A stretch of 64,000 bases of DNA from Octopus vulgaris (Eukaryota): contig OX597814.1 of assembly GCA_951406725.2 (NCBI GenBank), positions 15,810,001 to 15,874,000 of the forward strand, given 5' to 3'. The notes beneath the pieces are model-generated. The model was not told the origin of the DNA and searched no databases. It saw only the letters and a list, made by a program, of their open reading frames with translations. Shown piece after piece: positions 37,521-51,140 of the stretch. A program made the position numbers and the translations under genes. Positions within the stretch are counted from its first letter, which is position 1. Each line of letters begins with the position of its first letter.

Positions 37521-37974
37521 GTAGAGGCGCGTGTCTTAGTGGTTAGGGTGTCAGCATCATGATCGTAAGATTGTGGTTTCGATTCCTGGACCAGGCGACG
37601 CGTTGTGTTCTTGAGCAAAACACTTCATTTCACGTTGCTCCAGTCCACTCAGCTGGCAAAAATCAGTAACGCTGCGATGGACTGGCATCCCATTCAGCTG
37701 GGGAATACATACGCCATAGAAACCGGGAAACCCGGCCCATGAGCTCGCTAGGCTTTAGAAGGGCACAAGTGGAGGCGCGGGACTTAGTGGTTAGGGTGTC
37801 AACATCATGATCGTAAGACTGGTTTCGATTCCTGGACCGGGTGACGCGTTGTGTTCTTGAGTAAAACACTTCATTTCACGTTGCTTCAGTCCACTCAGCT
37901 GGCAAAAATCAGTAACGTTGCGATGGACTGGCGTCCCGTCCAGCTGGGGAACACATACGCCATAGAAGCCGGGA
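37521..37974 (+). mobile_element. Tandem pair of SINE family D (tRNA head, core-like box, V-domain-like segment)
   Basis: Copies at 37521 and 37769; GCGATGGACTGGCGTCCCGTCCAG segment; GAAACCGGG tail. Confidence 0.85.
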
Positions 37975-38524
37975 TAGCATCCTATCTGACAAAAACTTGA
38001 TATAAGCATCCTGTTTGACAAAAAATTCATCATTCCAATTAAAGAGCATAGCATCCACAGAATTGTCTCCCCTTACTCACAGGAACTGGATAACTCCTAC
38101 CCCATTTCCTGTTTTGACGCACAATCACCCAACCCTTTCAAAGTAAACACTACACTTAAACACATGCATCATAATCCTCCAAAGATGTTTTTCCAAGGAC
38201 TAATATTGAACTCTAAAAGCATAAGGCACTACAAAGTATTGGTATTTATTAACTTTTGTATATATGAATTTGTTTTTTGAAAGAAACATTGTAAATTTCT
38301 TTTTTCCACTTCCCCAATTTAAAAAAAAAAATTTTTCCCCTTCCAAATCTTGAACATTTGCCTTGCAATGAAAGCTGGTTTGATTTATTATTTTTTTCTT
38401 TTTTAATTTTTCATACAGCCATTTTTATTAAAATTTACTTTCAATTTAGTATTCTTCCTTATTATAAATTTTTCTTTCGTATCATTTCTCCACGTGCGGT
38501 TAACACAACCCCACCATTTACTGA

Positions 38525-38590
<66 letters not shown>

Positions 38591-38593
<3 letters not shown>

Positions 38594-38754
38594 ACGACAG
38601 GCTTCTTTGAGCTTCTGTCTATCAAGTTGACTCACAAGGCTTTGGTCTGCCCGAGGCTATGGTAGAAGATACTTAACCAAGTTGATACGCTTTGGGACTG
38701 AATCCGGAACCCTGTGGTTGGGAAGCAAGCTTCTTACCACAACCACTCCTGCGC
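38591..38754 (-). mobile_element. SINE family A, head half
   Basis: Homology to the family A head. Confidence 0.8.
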
Positions 38755-38785
38755 ATATAAATTTAAAAAAAATATATATATGGTA

Positions 38786-38829
38786 AAATGAGACATACTT
38801 ATCTACATGGCCGAAACAGCTGTAAGATG
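38786..38829 (+). ncRNA. Hammerhead remnant (3' half only)
   Basis: ...ATGA gacat-acttatctac-atggcc GAAAC agct GTA agatg; the 5' core and stem I strand are missing. Confidence 0.4.
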
Positions 38830-39082
38830 TAATCTATACATATATATATATTTACTTATATTTATATTCTCTTATATATATATTCTACTTATTATACAAC
38901 ATTACTCTTTTATGTACACTTTTTATGTACATTCCTTTGTGTACACTGATTTGTTCTGCTTTTTTATATTTAACCCTACAATCTCTTATGTGGTGGTTTA
39001 ATAAAGTATGTGATTGACTATTATCTGGTAATTGATATTTGATTTAGATGTATTTCTCCATTTTCTTATCTTGTATATATAT

Positions 39083-39128
<46 letters not shown>

Positions 39129-39151
39129 GTGATAGAACTGTATTTATGTGT

Positions 39152-39201
<50 letters not shown>

Positions 39202-39289
39202 CTATATTGATATATACAAACACGCACGCGCAACTCATATTGAGCATTGATGATATAACATGTAATGAGCTATTGCTGAGCAGATATGA

Positions 39290-39673
39290 AGGAAGTACTC
39301 CGTCGGTTACGACGATGAGGGTTCCGGTTGATCCGAATCAACGGAACAGCCTGCTCGTGAAATTAACGTGTAAGTGGCTGAATACTCCACAGACACGTGT
39401 ACCATTAACGTAGTTCTAGGGGATATTCAGCGTGACACAGAGAGTGACAAGGCCGGCCCTTTGAAATACAGGTACAACAGAAACAGGAAGTAAGTGTGAG
39501 AGAAAGTTGTGGTGAAAGAGTACAGCAGGGATCACCACCATCCCCTGCCGGAGCCTCGTGGAGCTTTAGATGTTTTCGCTCAATAAACACTCACAACGCC
39601 CGGTCTGGGAATCGAAACAGCGATCCTATGACCGCGAGTCCGCTGTCCTAACCACTGGGCCATTGCGCCTCCA
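39290..39673 (-). mobile_element. SINE family C, full length with TSD
   Basis: 14-bp TSD CTGAGCAGATATGA at 39276 and 39674. Confidence 0.92.
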
Positions 39674-40295
39674 CTGAGCAGATATGACAGTCATGCCTAA
39701 ATAGTTAACTTTTATCATAAGTTTGCTCGATCATAGCTGAATTACAGCTGAACAGTAATAGTCCTTTCTTTTTATTATAAGCAGCAAACCTGATAGAGGA
39801 GAAGTTGATTCCGTGACCTCCAGTGCTCAACTGGCATTTATTTTATCACTCCTGAAATTAAGCAAGATAAAATTGACCTCGGCGAAATTTAAACTCAGAA
39901 CATTTAGACGGATAAAACGCCGCTAAGTATCTTACCCAGTGTGCTAACGATTCTGCTAGTTAGTCGCCTTTGGCTGAATTGTAATATCAACAAGAAGAAA
40001 ATTTGCTATGACAATATGAGTAGAATTTAGTCAAAATCGAATATTGTCAGTTTAATCATTGGTGGATTCACTCAGAAAGAACAATATAAAGGCATTATAT
40101 ATAGTTAATCATTTTATTTATTTGGTATATACTACATCAATAGTACCCATTCATATTGGCTGTGTTGCTCCACGTAGTTTCACTATTTGCGACAACGACC
40201 GTCGTGGATTTTTTTAACATCTGTCGGTATTTTGCCTCTATAATAGAAAAACGGAAATATTTTAGTACTTTCAAACACACACACATACACACACA

Positions 40296-40371
<76 letters not shown>

Positions 40372-42255
40372 TACACGCACATTTACTTGTAGAAATCTAC
40401 ATGTATGCATTAGAAACAGTTCGCGTGACCTGAACTAAGAAAGTCGTCAGATGCCATAGATATTCTCTGGGAAATTATGAGAAAATCGTCATTATTCGTG
40501 CTAGCAGAAAGACCGCCATCTGGGCGGTTTTCTGCTAGCCACTTGATAATATTTTCACATTTGTTTCCCAATTCTAATAATTTTACGATATTTTATGTCT
40601 AATTATTTATTTATATAATAATGCTTACTTGCTTAGTAAATATTGCGTTCACCATTTTATCACAGTCATAATCTTTTTTTAAATAAACACCAAGGTAGTC
40701 CAAATACTTTAGTGTGCAAAATAATAGTAGGGATCACATAGAGATACCTTAATATCTATAGCATATCAAATAGTCATAGCAACAAATTTATTTGATAATT
40801 TTTAGATAACGAGAGAAAAGAAATAAGTCGCGTGAGTCCGTAGCTTCAGTAAGTTTTAATAAGTTGTCCAATATAATTTGTTTCCAATATGTATAAACAA
40901 TAAACTGAGAACATTTACACAGCAAATTTAAGTCAACAAAATACCTGATTTCCTCATCAGAAATAACTAAATAAAATTTGAAATGAAAAAATTGCAATGA
41001 ATATATATTAAATAGATTATTATTAATGAAATCAATTTTAGAGGCGGGAGAGAGAGTGAGAGACTGTGTCGCAAATGAAAACGAAAAATTTCGCCAGATC
41101 ATATCAATATTGTTTATCATATCAATATTGTTTATCAAATGTTCAAACTGACTCTACAGTGAATGTAAAGCTTGGCAACGAATATTTAAATTCGTGAATT
41201 TAAATAATAACAATCATTTCGAAACTGCATATTTGTCGATATAGAGGAATTTATCAAAAATTTCCAGGGAGTGAAACCTATAAAAGCTCGTTAAAAGCTA
41301 TCTTGTACCGAATATTTAAATTCGTGAACTTGAAATATTCAATAATAAAAGGAAGTTCAGAAAGTAAATTTTCCTAAAAAATTTCAATTTATAAAAGAAT
41401 CTCACTTACTTTCAGTAATTTATCGTAGTTGTAATATATTTCTAATTTAAACAAACTTCAAGGTAACCCAACTACGTTTAGCGTGATAGAAATAGCAGTG
41501 ATCGCATAGTTATTATAGTAAAGCTTATAGCGTTCCAAACGGCCATATCAACAAAATTACTTCTTAACTTAAAAAAAACAAACAAAATTATACCAGTATA
41601 TTTAAAAATTTTCATTTTATCAAAAATATTAATTTAACTAACTCCGGAAACTGAGAATATTCTTGAAATCGTGCCCCGTATCATAATCCTCAAAGTTCCA
41701 TGGCTGTTTTGCTAAATAGCATTTATCCATTCAATAAATATTTTTTTTACATTACGTGTATAGAATAAATTGTGGGTTTTGCAAATAGCGAATTAAAACT
41801 CGAAATGAAAACCTTGAAGTGAATATATCATATATTAAATTATCATTAATGAAAATAGAGGTGAGAAATTTTTGCAAATGAATGATATTGTTTATTAAAC
41901 ATTAAAATCTACTCCGCTGTGAATTCAACGAATATTTAAATTTGTGAAAAACTTGTAGTTCAAATATTCAATAAATTTCAGAAATCGAAATTACAGGAAA
42001 CTTCTTGGAACATGAATTTAGAAAAAATTTCCAGAAGGTCAAGCCTTTAATAATTGCATTCTTTTAGTAATTGTTAAATACCTAATTGATTAGCAGCTTC
42101 CTTCATTATAATATAGAAGACATATGGCCGACTATAGATTGTGGTCTAAGGGAGAAAATCCCTTGTGCTTAACCCTTTGTTCGAGCGGTCAACAAGTAGC
42201 TACGAGGTCTTGTCTCACTCAACTTTCAAGAGAGGTCATAGCCTACCGGCCATTA

Positions 42256-42314
42256 GGATCTGAAGAAACGCTGTATAGCTAAGCACTTTATGGACGTGAA
42301 ACTCAGGGTAACCC
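42256..42314 (+). ncRNA. Type-I hammerhead with extended stem II
   Basis: ggat CTGAAGA aacg-ctgta...tatgg-a-cgt GAAAC tcagg GTA accc; lies within a GC-richer element at about 42120-42375. Confidence 0.65.
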
Positions 42315-42423
42315 CATAGACCGACCATAGCTATCGACTGCTCTATAACTTAGAGTTTCGGATTTATGATCTACTGACGATATATATATATGAAATTTCT
42401 AGGACATTTATAAAGAGAAATGT

Positions 42424-42472
42424 AGACTTACAGCTGTTTCAGGGATATGAGGGATATCCCTTCTTCAGAGAC
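42424..42472 (-). ncRNA. Minimal hammerhead in the left palindrome arm
   Basis: Minus strand: gtct CTGAAGA agggatat-ccctc-atatccct GAAAC agct GTA agtc; 8-bp stem II; one stem I mismatch. Confidence 0.85.
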
Positions 42473-42775
42473 GACATGAGAGTGTTAAATAGAAGGAAAT
42501 AGTAGAGTTCGACATAAAAGGTTATTTTGGAAAGGGTGAGATATAGGAAATATAAATGGAAATAAGGATACAAATAAAAATATATGTTGGATGTTATTGT
42601 TTCAGTTCAATTATCCAAGGAAAGTACTTGGATAATTGAACTGCAACTGCAGCATCCAACGTATATATTTATTTTTATTCTCTTATGTCCACTTATACTT
42701 CCTATATCGCTCTCTTTACAGAATAACTTCCTATATTGAACTGTACTATTTCCATCTATTTAACTTTCTCATATC

Positions 42776-42823
42776 GTCTCTGATGAAGAGGTATCCCTCA
42801 TATCCCTGAAACAGCTGTAAGAC
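42776..42823 (+). ncRNA. Minimal hammerhead in the right palindrome arm
   Basis: gtct CTGATGA agaggtat-ccctc-atatccct GAAAC agct GTA agac; canonical core, 4-bp stem I. Confidence 0.88.
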
Positions 42824-43021
42824 TACTCCTCTCTTTATAAATGTCCTAGAAATTTCACACTACCTTGGCTTTGTTGTCTCATTTTATTTAGCATATACAT
42901 GCTCACACACGACCCGCAATAGACTTCTTATTCATACTATTATTGAACTGGGTGTCTAACGACAGTCGTTCCGTAGCACTTACATAGTCTTACTTGCCAT
43001 TTCGGGTCTTATGGATATCAA

Positions 43022-43076
<55 letters not shown>

Positions 43077-43343
43077 GATATATATATATACTTCAACCTA
43101 ATTCCGTTTAAATAAAGAAAACATAAAGATTAAAAATATAAACCGCGGCTGAATATCTTTTAGAAAGAAGAAAAAGCAGTAAAAAGAAAAGAAAAAAGAC
43201 TCAATTTCTCCACAGAAAAACAACCAGGAACAACAAACAGTTAAAAAACATCACTTTAGTAATAATCTTCCAGCCGGGGTTTCGAAACCGCTACTCCAAA
43301 TCACCATACAAACACCAGATGCCGATATCACCTACCTCTTGTC

Positions 43344-43544
43344 CAGTGGTTTTCAACCAGGGTTCCGCCAGTACAGTCCAGGGGTTCCGCAACAAGTTAC
43401 AAAACTGCCAAAATCAGCAGTAATTTTTAATTCTCCTGTGCAGATATGTGTGCATAAAACTATTAAATTATTGCACAGGGGTTCCTCGAGCCAGTGGAAT
43501 GTTTCCTTGGGGTTCCACCCCAGCAGAAAGTTTGAAAAGCACTG
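43344..43544. mobile_element. hAT-like MITE
   Basis: TIRs CAGTGGTTTTCAA and TTGAAAAGCACTG; 8-bp TSD CTCT(T/A)GTC at 43336 and 43545. Confidence 0.8.
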
Positions 43545-44344
43545 CTCTAGTCCAACGAAATTTATCAAACACCAGTTGCTGACGTCACCTAACTCCAGAC
43601 CAATCAAAACCGAACTTCACCAAATACAACGAAAAAACCCTTTATGAGAACCAGCCGGCCGGAACGACTGATGACCGTCTTCACAGGGAAGCCAATCAAG
43701 CGGAACGACAAGCTTGACCACCAAAAAACGTTACCAGTATTTTAACGAATCAAAAATCAGATTCGCTCGCAGAAAAAAATTACAAATACATCTGATCCCA
43801 AAACATATCACTATAAGCGAAAGCGTCTACGGAAAGAAGATCAGAGAAACTGTAAACCGAATTCCTTATTTTATAATGTTCCTTTCTCCCTTGTTTTTTT
43901 CCCTTTAAAACTTAGTATGACTTGCCGATCACCACTAACATTAATGAACTTTAAACATTCAAACAAATTGATATACAGTTTTAATATTATTAACTGCTAT
44001 GAACATTCAAACTAGCACCTGTCTTCCTAATTCATAATGCTAAATTCATCTGTTTTGAACATGTTAATTTGTCAACAATGAACATTTTAAAGATGTTTTT
44101 CTAATTCATAATTTTCAATTGTTACCATTTATAAACAAAAATATTGTTGAAACTAGTTTGGTATATATGTAAATAAATGTATTTTAAACATTTACGAGTT
44201 TTTGAAATTTAGGTTCATTTTCAACAACACATTTCCCTTCCCTATATATATATATATATATATATATGTAAATGTGTGTGTGTATATGTGTATATTTATA
44301 TATGTATGTATGTACAGAGATCAAATATTTGTGTCCACATAAAC

Positions 44345-44535
44345 TCATTACCTCCATCAAATCGACACTACCAGTACAGGTGCAATATGTGCCAGATGTC
44401 GGGTGGTGAAATGATCGCAGAGCAACGTGAAATTAAGTGCTTTGCTCAAGAACAACGCAATGCCTGTCTGGGAATCGAAACCACGATCTCGCAATCGTGA
44501 CTGCAATACCCTAACCAATAAGCCATGCGCCTTCA
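44345..44535 (-). mobile_element. SINE D/E-type head and centre fragment
   Basis: Reverse complement of GAAGGCGCATGGCTT...TTCTTGAGCAAAGCACTT. Confidence 0.7.
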
Positions 44536-44650
44536 AAACGATATACATATATATATAAACGTTTTTATTTCTCTTTCCCTTTCAGAATTACAACTATTAG
44601 TGGTTTGGAGTTTAACTGCTCTTTCTAGTGAGTCAGATGTCTTATGTGTT

Positions 44651-44651
<1 letters not shown>

Positions 44652-44715
<64 letters not shown>

Positions 44716-45076
44716 GGCATTTGTCTGTGCGTGTTTCTGTGTGTCTGTTTTCTCGTACCTCACCCTGACCACGGCTTTCAACCGATTCTGATGAAACTTG
44801 ACACACACATAGCCCAATGTCATAATTCAAAACTAACGCAGCGAAAATTTTGAAAAGTTCCCCCAGTTCTGAAAAAATCGATAAATTCGACATGGGGTCG
44901 AGAATCAAAAGAAACAAACCACAGACTGTCTAGGGGACGCAACTCAACCTTTTTTACTCTCAAAAAAAATTTACCATCATTTTTTTCCCATTTTTTTGCT
45001 ATTTTTGGCTATAACTCTCTAAAAATGCTTTATAGTTATTTCCTACAAACCTGAGCAACGCCGGGCGATACTGCTA

Positions 45077-45077
<1 letters not shown>
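44652..45077 (+). mobile_element. Non-autonomous Helitron (5' end merged with (TA)n)
   Basis: 3' end nearly identical to 23326: CTGAGCAACGCCGGGCGATACTGCTAG|T. Confidence 0.75.
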
Positions 45078-45112
<35 letters not shown>

Positions 45113-45164
45113 TTATTTATATAAATTAACTAAATTAACTATTACTTAACCATCCTCTCACACC

Positions 45165-45216
45165 GTCTCCAATGAAGGGATATAATTAATAAATATCCTT
45201 GAAACAGTTGTAAGAC
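45165..45216 (+). ncRNA. Decayed hammerhead (core CCAATGA), same family as 42776
   Basis: gtct CCAATGA agggatat...atatcctt GAAAC agtt GTA agac. Confidence 0.65.
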
Positions 45217-45896
45217 CTATCTATAAATGCTCTAATATCTACACAGCCTTGGTTTTTTTATCTCATTACGCAAAAAATTCTTATATATATATGTGTGTGT
45301 GTATGTATACATATACATATACATATATGTTTGTGTGTTTATACATATACATATATGTGTGTGTGTACACGTGTATGTATGTCTGTATATTAAACGACCA
45401 AAAGTTAATGGCACAATAAGGAAAGCTCTGAATTGTCATTAGAAATATGAGGCGCCTAAAAGATAATCAAAAAATATCATATATATCATTTTGAGCTTGT
45501 ACTTTTAACTACCCAGTTAAGCGAAAGAACGTGCCAGTAAATTTGCATGCAATTGTTATTGCATGTAAAATATTATGCATATGTAAAATATAGATACATA
45601 GCATGTATCTATGTATGTATATATGTATATAGTAATATAAATGGAAATATATATATATGTGTGCATGCGTGTATCTGTCTATATATGCATTTTTATATAT
45701 GTATAAGTATATTAATATTAACGTAAGGGGTATCAGCCATCTGAATGTGGCTAGGCACTGGGGCGGGCGGGTGGTGTGGTGTTACTGATGCTTTTAGCCC
45801 CAGGCGATCAACGTCACCAGAAGGACTTTAGACACTATCTCAGTGTCCTTGTTTGTTTGTAAAGGGAGGTCATCCTCCCTCGAAGATCCGAGTACT

Positions 45897-45943
45897 ACAT
45901 ACGGACTATAGTTTCGAGGTCATTGCCTCTTGTCAACGCATGC
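45897..45943 (-). ncRNA. Minimal hammerhead with U3-A8 covariant core, apparently intact
   Basis: Minus strand: gcatgcg TTGACAA gagg-caatga-cctc GAAAC tata GTC cgtatgt; 7-bp stem I, 4-bp stem II, palindromic ACTATAGT. Confidence 0.82.
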
Positions 45944-45997
45944 AGAGATTTATTATTGTTTTTTTTTATATTAATATTCATATAGGTATACACACAT

Positions 45998-46337
45998 GAA
46001 GGCGCATGGCTCAGTGGTTAGAGCGTCGAGCTTACGATCGTGAGGTTGTGAGCTCGAATCCCGGACCGGGCTGCGTGTTGTGTTCTTGAGCAAGGCACTT
46101 TATTTCACGTTGCTCCAGTTCACTCAGCTGTAGAAATGAGTTGCGACGTCACTGGTGCCAAGCTGTATCGACCTTTGTCTTTCCCTTGGATAACACTGGT
46201 GGCGTGGAGAGGGGAGGCTGGTATGCATGGGCGACTGCTGGTCTTCCATAAACAACCTTGCCCGGACTTGTGTCTAGGAGGGTAACTTTCTAGGTGCAAT
46301 CCCATGGTCATTCATGACCGAAGGGGGTCTTTACCCT
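45998..46337 (+). mobile_element. SINE family E, full length with TSD
   Basis: 11-bp TSD TATACACACAT at 45987 and 46338; A- and B-box-like head. Confidence 0.9.
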
Positions 46338-47694
46338 TATACACACATATACATCTTTATATAGATGCGAATGCATTCACTCAACTTCTCAGAAATACCT
46401 ACATACTTGTATAGATACATTAAGTTTACTTACAGGCAAATTTTCCATCGCATTATGCACTCGTTCAAGTACGTGATCTTGTTAGAGGCACATATCATCC
46501 TCACTACTGGAAGACAGATTGGACAACGATGAGATTGTGCTGTAGCGTTCAGGACTGCCCCTTTTCACAGAAAAATAATATATCTTAGAGAAAATATCTA
46601 ATTTCAAAAATTATCATGTTTATATTGATTATTATAACGAGTACCACACAGTTTTGTTTTTATTATTAGCCAATGGGCTGGAGGAAATACAAAATCTAAA
46701 ACTTTGATTCGGGTTTTATAAAGAAAGGAGTGATAGTGTAGAGTGTAAAAAAAGAAGTTTATAAATCGCGAAAGGTGAGTAAGAGACGTTTACTGTGTAT
46801 GGAAGGACGTATAAAGAATTTTAAAGGCAGATTCACTTTCACACATACATACATACACAAACATATGTATAATCATACATATATACATACATACATACAT
46901 ACATACATACATACATACATACATACATACATACATACATACATACATACATGCATGCATCCATACATACATATATACATACATACATACATACATGCAT
47001 GCATACATGCATGCATACACACATACATACATACATATATATAAATATACAAATACACACACACGCATGCATACATACAAATGCTCATAGGCACAGAAAT
47101 ACAAGCAAATAGTATAAAAAAACGTACAATAATTAAAACAAGATAACATTTAAGGAAATAAAACATTATACATTTCGGATTAAGTTGTGTAAGGGCACTT
47201 CACAAGCCATTTCACTTAACCGTTTCCCACGCTGTATTCGAGTGCAACCAAAAACACCAGTAAGGAGTTTTTTGTATTGTATTCGGTGTCGAAAAACACC
47301 AATATTCTGAAGTTATTCTGTTTCAAGTTCAGTGAAGAGCTCAAATTTTAATTTTGCTAGTAATCTACATTTTGGATGTTGTTTATGTAGTGAATATAAA
47401 TAATGCTTTTGTGTCATTCTAATTTCTTTGGAAATTTCGTGGCGTTATAGATATGTAATTTTGTCTAAACTTTTTATTTAATTTTCGAAGATCAGTAAAT
47501 GTTAGTTCATCTTTGTTCTCTTAATCTTTTTCTTTTTTACTTTTCATTTCCTTGTGGAAGGATTTCATTGCCTTTTCTTCCTGACATACTTTCGTTATTT
47601 ATGCTGCGTCATTTATTCTTCATCGGAAGATGAAGGCGCAGTGTTGCAGATTGGTGATGTAATGAAAAGTGCTTATATGCTTTAGGTATTGAGA

Positions 47695-48062
47695 GGCGGT
47701 TGGATGGAACCTACACTCGCCTCCTTATGAGAGCTCAAAATCTCTCGTGGAAGCGCCATCCAACCAAAATGCAAATATATGGGAAACTACCACCTGTGTC
47801 ATCTCTTGTGAAAGGTAGGAGAGTCCAGTTTGCTGAACATTGTTGTAGAGCTGAAAAAGAAGTAATTTCTACTCTTCTCCTCTGGAAGCCATCTACTCGC
47901 AATACCAGAGGGCACACACTCTCCTACCCTGATGTAATCTCCAGGGATACAGGCATCCTGCAACAGGACCTCCGTAATGCTATGATGGACCGTGAAGTCT
48001 GGCGTAACATAGTAAATTCCATTGTCTCGACCACGGTCGAACAATGATGAATGATGATTGAA
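47695..48062 (+). mobile_element. RTE/RTE-X LINE 3' fragment
   Basis: LDGTYTRLLM.A.NLSW..H...YG.LP...RRVQFA.HC.R...LLW.P...Y.D.I.RDTG...MMDREVWR, (TGA)n tail. Confidence 0.85.
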
Positions 48063-48391
48063 TCTAAATATATTTTATTTGCCATCCCTATACGTTTGGC
48101 GGGCTGTACTCAGAAAATTTGGGTTGACTTGTTTTGTCGTTGCTGTTGATTCTCATTATTTTCGTTTTCCATTTATTTATAATTTTTGCATAAAATTTCC
48201 AGTTATTCCGGGCATTTGAATGCAAACATCTCGGATATACCTGCCGAGATTGACTGAAAGAAAGAACAAACGGTCATATGGAGCATTCATTCGGTGATTT
48301 CTCCTGGGAAGCTGTTGGTGAACATATTTATACGCCATATAATAGAATAGAATCAACATTTTAGTGGAAGTGGTTACGCTTGATCTGCCTT

Positions 48392-48681
48392 GTGGAGGCA
48401 CATGGCCTAGTGGTTAGAGCAGCGGACTCGCGGTCGAGGGATCGCGGGTTCGAATCTCAGACCGGGCGATGTGTGTGTTTATGAGCGAAACACCTAAGCT
48501 CCTCACGGCTCCAGCAGAAGGTTATGGAGAACTTCTGCTGACTCTTTCGCCACAACTTTCTCTTACTCTTTCCTCTTGCAGCTCACCTGCGACGGACCGG
48601 CGTTCCGTCCAGGTGGGGAACCTATATGCCAAGGAAACCGGGAAACCGGCCCTTATGCGCTAGGCGTGGCTCGAGAAGGAA
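48392..48681 (+). mobile_element. SINE with a family C head, V-like segment and family D-type tail
   Basis: 13-bp TSD CTTGATCTGCCTT at 48379 and 48682. Confidence 0.88.
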
Positions 48682-49569
48682 CTTGATCTGCCTTCTGAGC
48701 ACAGACTTTCCCATATTTCTCATGTAGTGCAACTCTTTGCAGGCAACTACCTTCTGCACTCAAATTCCCTTAAACGAGGAGTGATATCCAGGCACCAAGG
48801 TACCTAAAGTTTTCCTCCTCTTCGAGAGTCCTTTTTACCGCTGGTGCACCCAATTATGTAGTTTGTGTCGAAGGCAAAGATCTGTGTTTGCTCTAAGCTC
48901 AGCTGATGTTATTCACTTAATGAATCCGTTCCAAGTGCCTATCTGCACACTCTCCATGCCCTCACATATCTACATACACACCACCTAGCCACTACAGTTT
49001 CTCACCATCACTTGCTGCAGTCACCTCTTCCTCATCTCAAAACATCTCTCCTCACACTTTTATGGAGCACTCCCTCTATCCCTTTTGTATCACTTATATT
49101 CCCTCCCCCAACCACTGTTCCCTGAGGTATGATATGATATGCGAGCTGTGGCTTAAATATAGTCATGTTCAACAACTAGTTTGTGATGCGATTACGAAGA
49201 CATTTCTTTGTTGTCAAGTGAGTCGTATGATTGTTGTGTGTAGATACATACAGAATTTGGAGTTTCTATAAAGGCACATCTTTTCTTTTATCGTTTATTT
49301 CTTTTATTCATTGGATTACAATCATAGTTACATATCTAGACATGTTCATATATATTTAAATGATAAACTTCTGCAAAGTTTTACAGACTTTTACAGTTCC
49401 AGTGATGGATTGGATCTGTAGTCTTCGAATTAGCTTTCTCCTTTCTGGTTTTGAGAAGCCTTAATTTCTGAAGATTGGTATGAAGACAGTGTGTATGCTT
49501 GCATGCATGTATGTGAATATGTATGGGCCATTGAATAACTACAAATGTCCTCTCTCCCTCACTCTCTAC

Positions 49570-50330
<761 letters not shown>

Positions 50331-51048
50331 TATGTGCGTGTCTTGAAACAATATTGGAATAGCGAAGAAGGACATAAGAAAAAAAAAAAAAGGGATATAT
50401 TTAATTTTATTTTTTTTATTATTATTACAAGAAAAGTTAAACATTAAAAAAGAAACAATGTTGAAAAAAAAAAAATATATATTGCATGAGCCATTTCAGA
50501 TAGAGGAAAGCAAAATTAAGTAGCAAAATGGTTTGAAAAAAAAAAGAAAATCTACGAAAAGAAAATGAAAAAAAAATGAAGAAAAACGTACGGACCCCTA
50601 GTATATTTGAATTCATTCTTACGTCAGGAAAAAAAAAAAAAAAACGTAAGAGATGAACATTGACGGTTTTTCACTGATAATTACCTACGATATAATACAC
50701 AGTACAGACCATTCGTAACAAAACTTAGTTCACCATTAATAGAGGTTAAGATAAAAAAAAGTGTTTCGAAACTGATTTCTCTATCCCTCTCGCTCTCTCA
50801 CCTTGTCTCTGTTTCTCTACTGTACGTCTTTCTTTTCTTCTTCACTAATTCTCTCTCTCTCCCCCCTCTCTCTCTCTCTTTCTCACTCTCTCCCCTTCTT
50901 TTACTCTCTACTCATTCCTATCGGAGATTGACTCCACTTGCGGTTTACTTCACCGGAGATTAATTCCATCGGATATTAATTAACCCTACCGGAGATTAAG
51001 TAGTTTATTACTATTATTACTGTATGCATATATACATATACGTATACA

Positions 51049-51049
<1 letters not shown>

Positions 51050-51140
<91 letters not shown>

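Larger units (their letters stand above)
42392..42856. repeat. 465-bp imperfect palindrome (inverted PLE pseudo-LTR pair)
   Basis: GAAATTTCTAGGACATTTATAAAGAG at 42392 is mirrored by CTCTTTATAAATGTCCTAGAAATTTC ending 42856; the centre is a perfect 17-bp stem CAGTTCAATTATCCAAG-gaaagta-CTTGGATAATTGAACTG. Confidence 0.92.

Noticed and set aside
43668-43715. CTGATGA ccg...cgg AAC GAC
   Set aside because: GAAA is incomplete, there is no NUH site and no stem I pairing.
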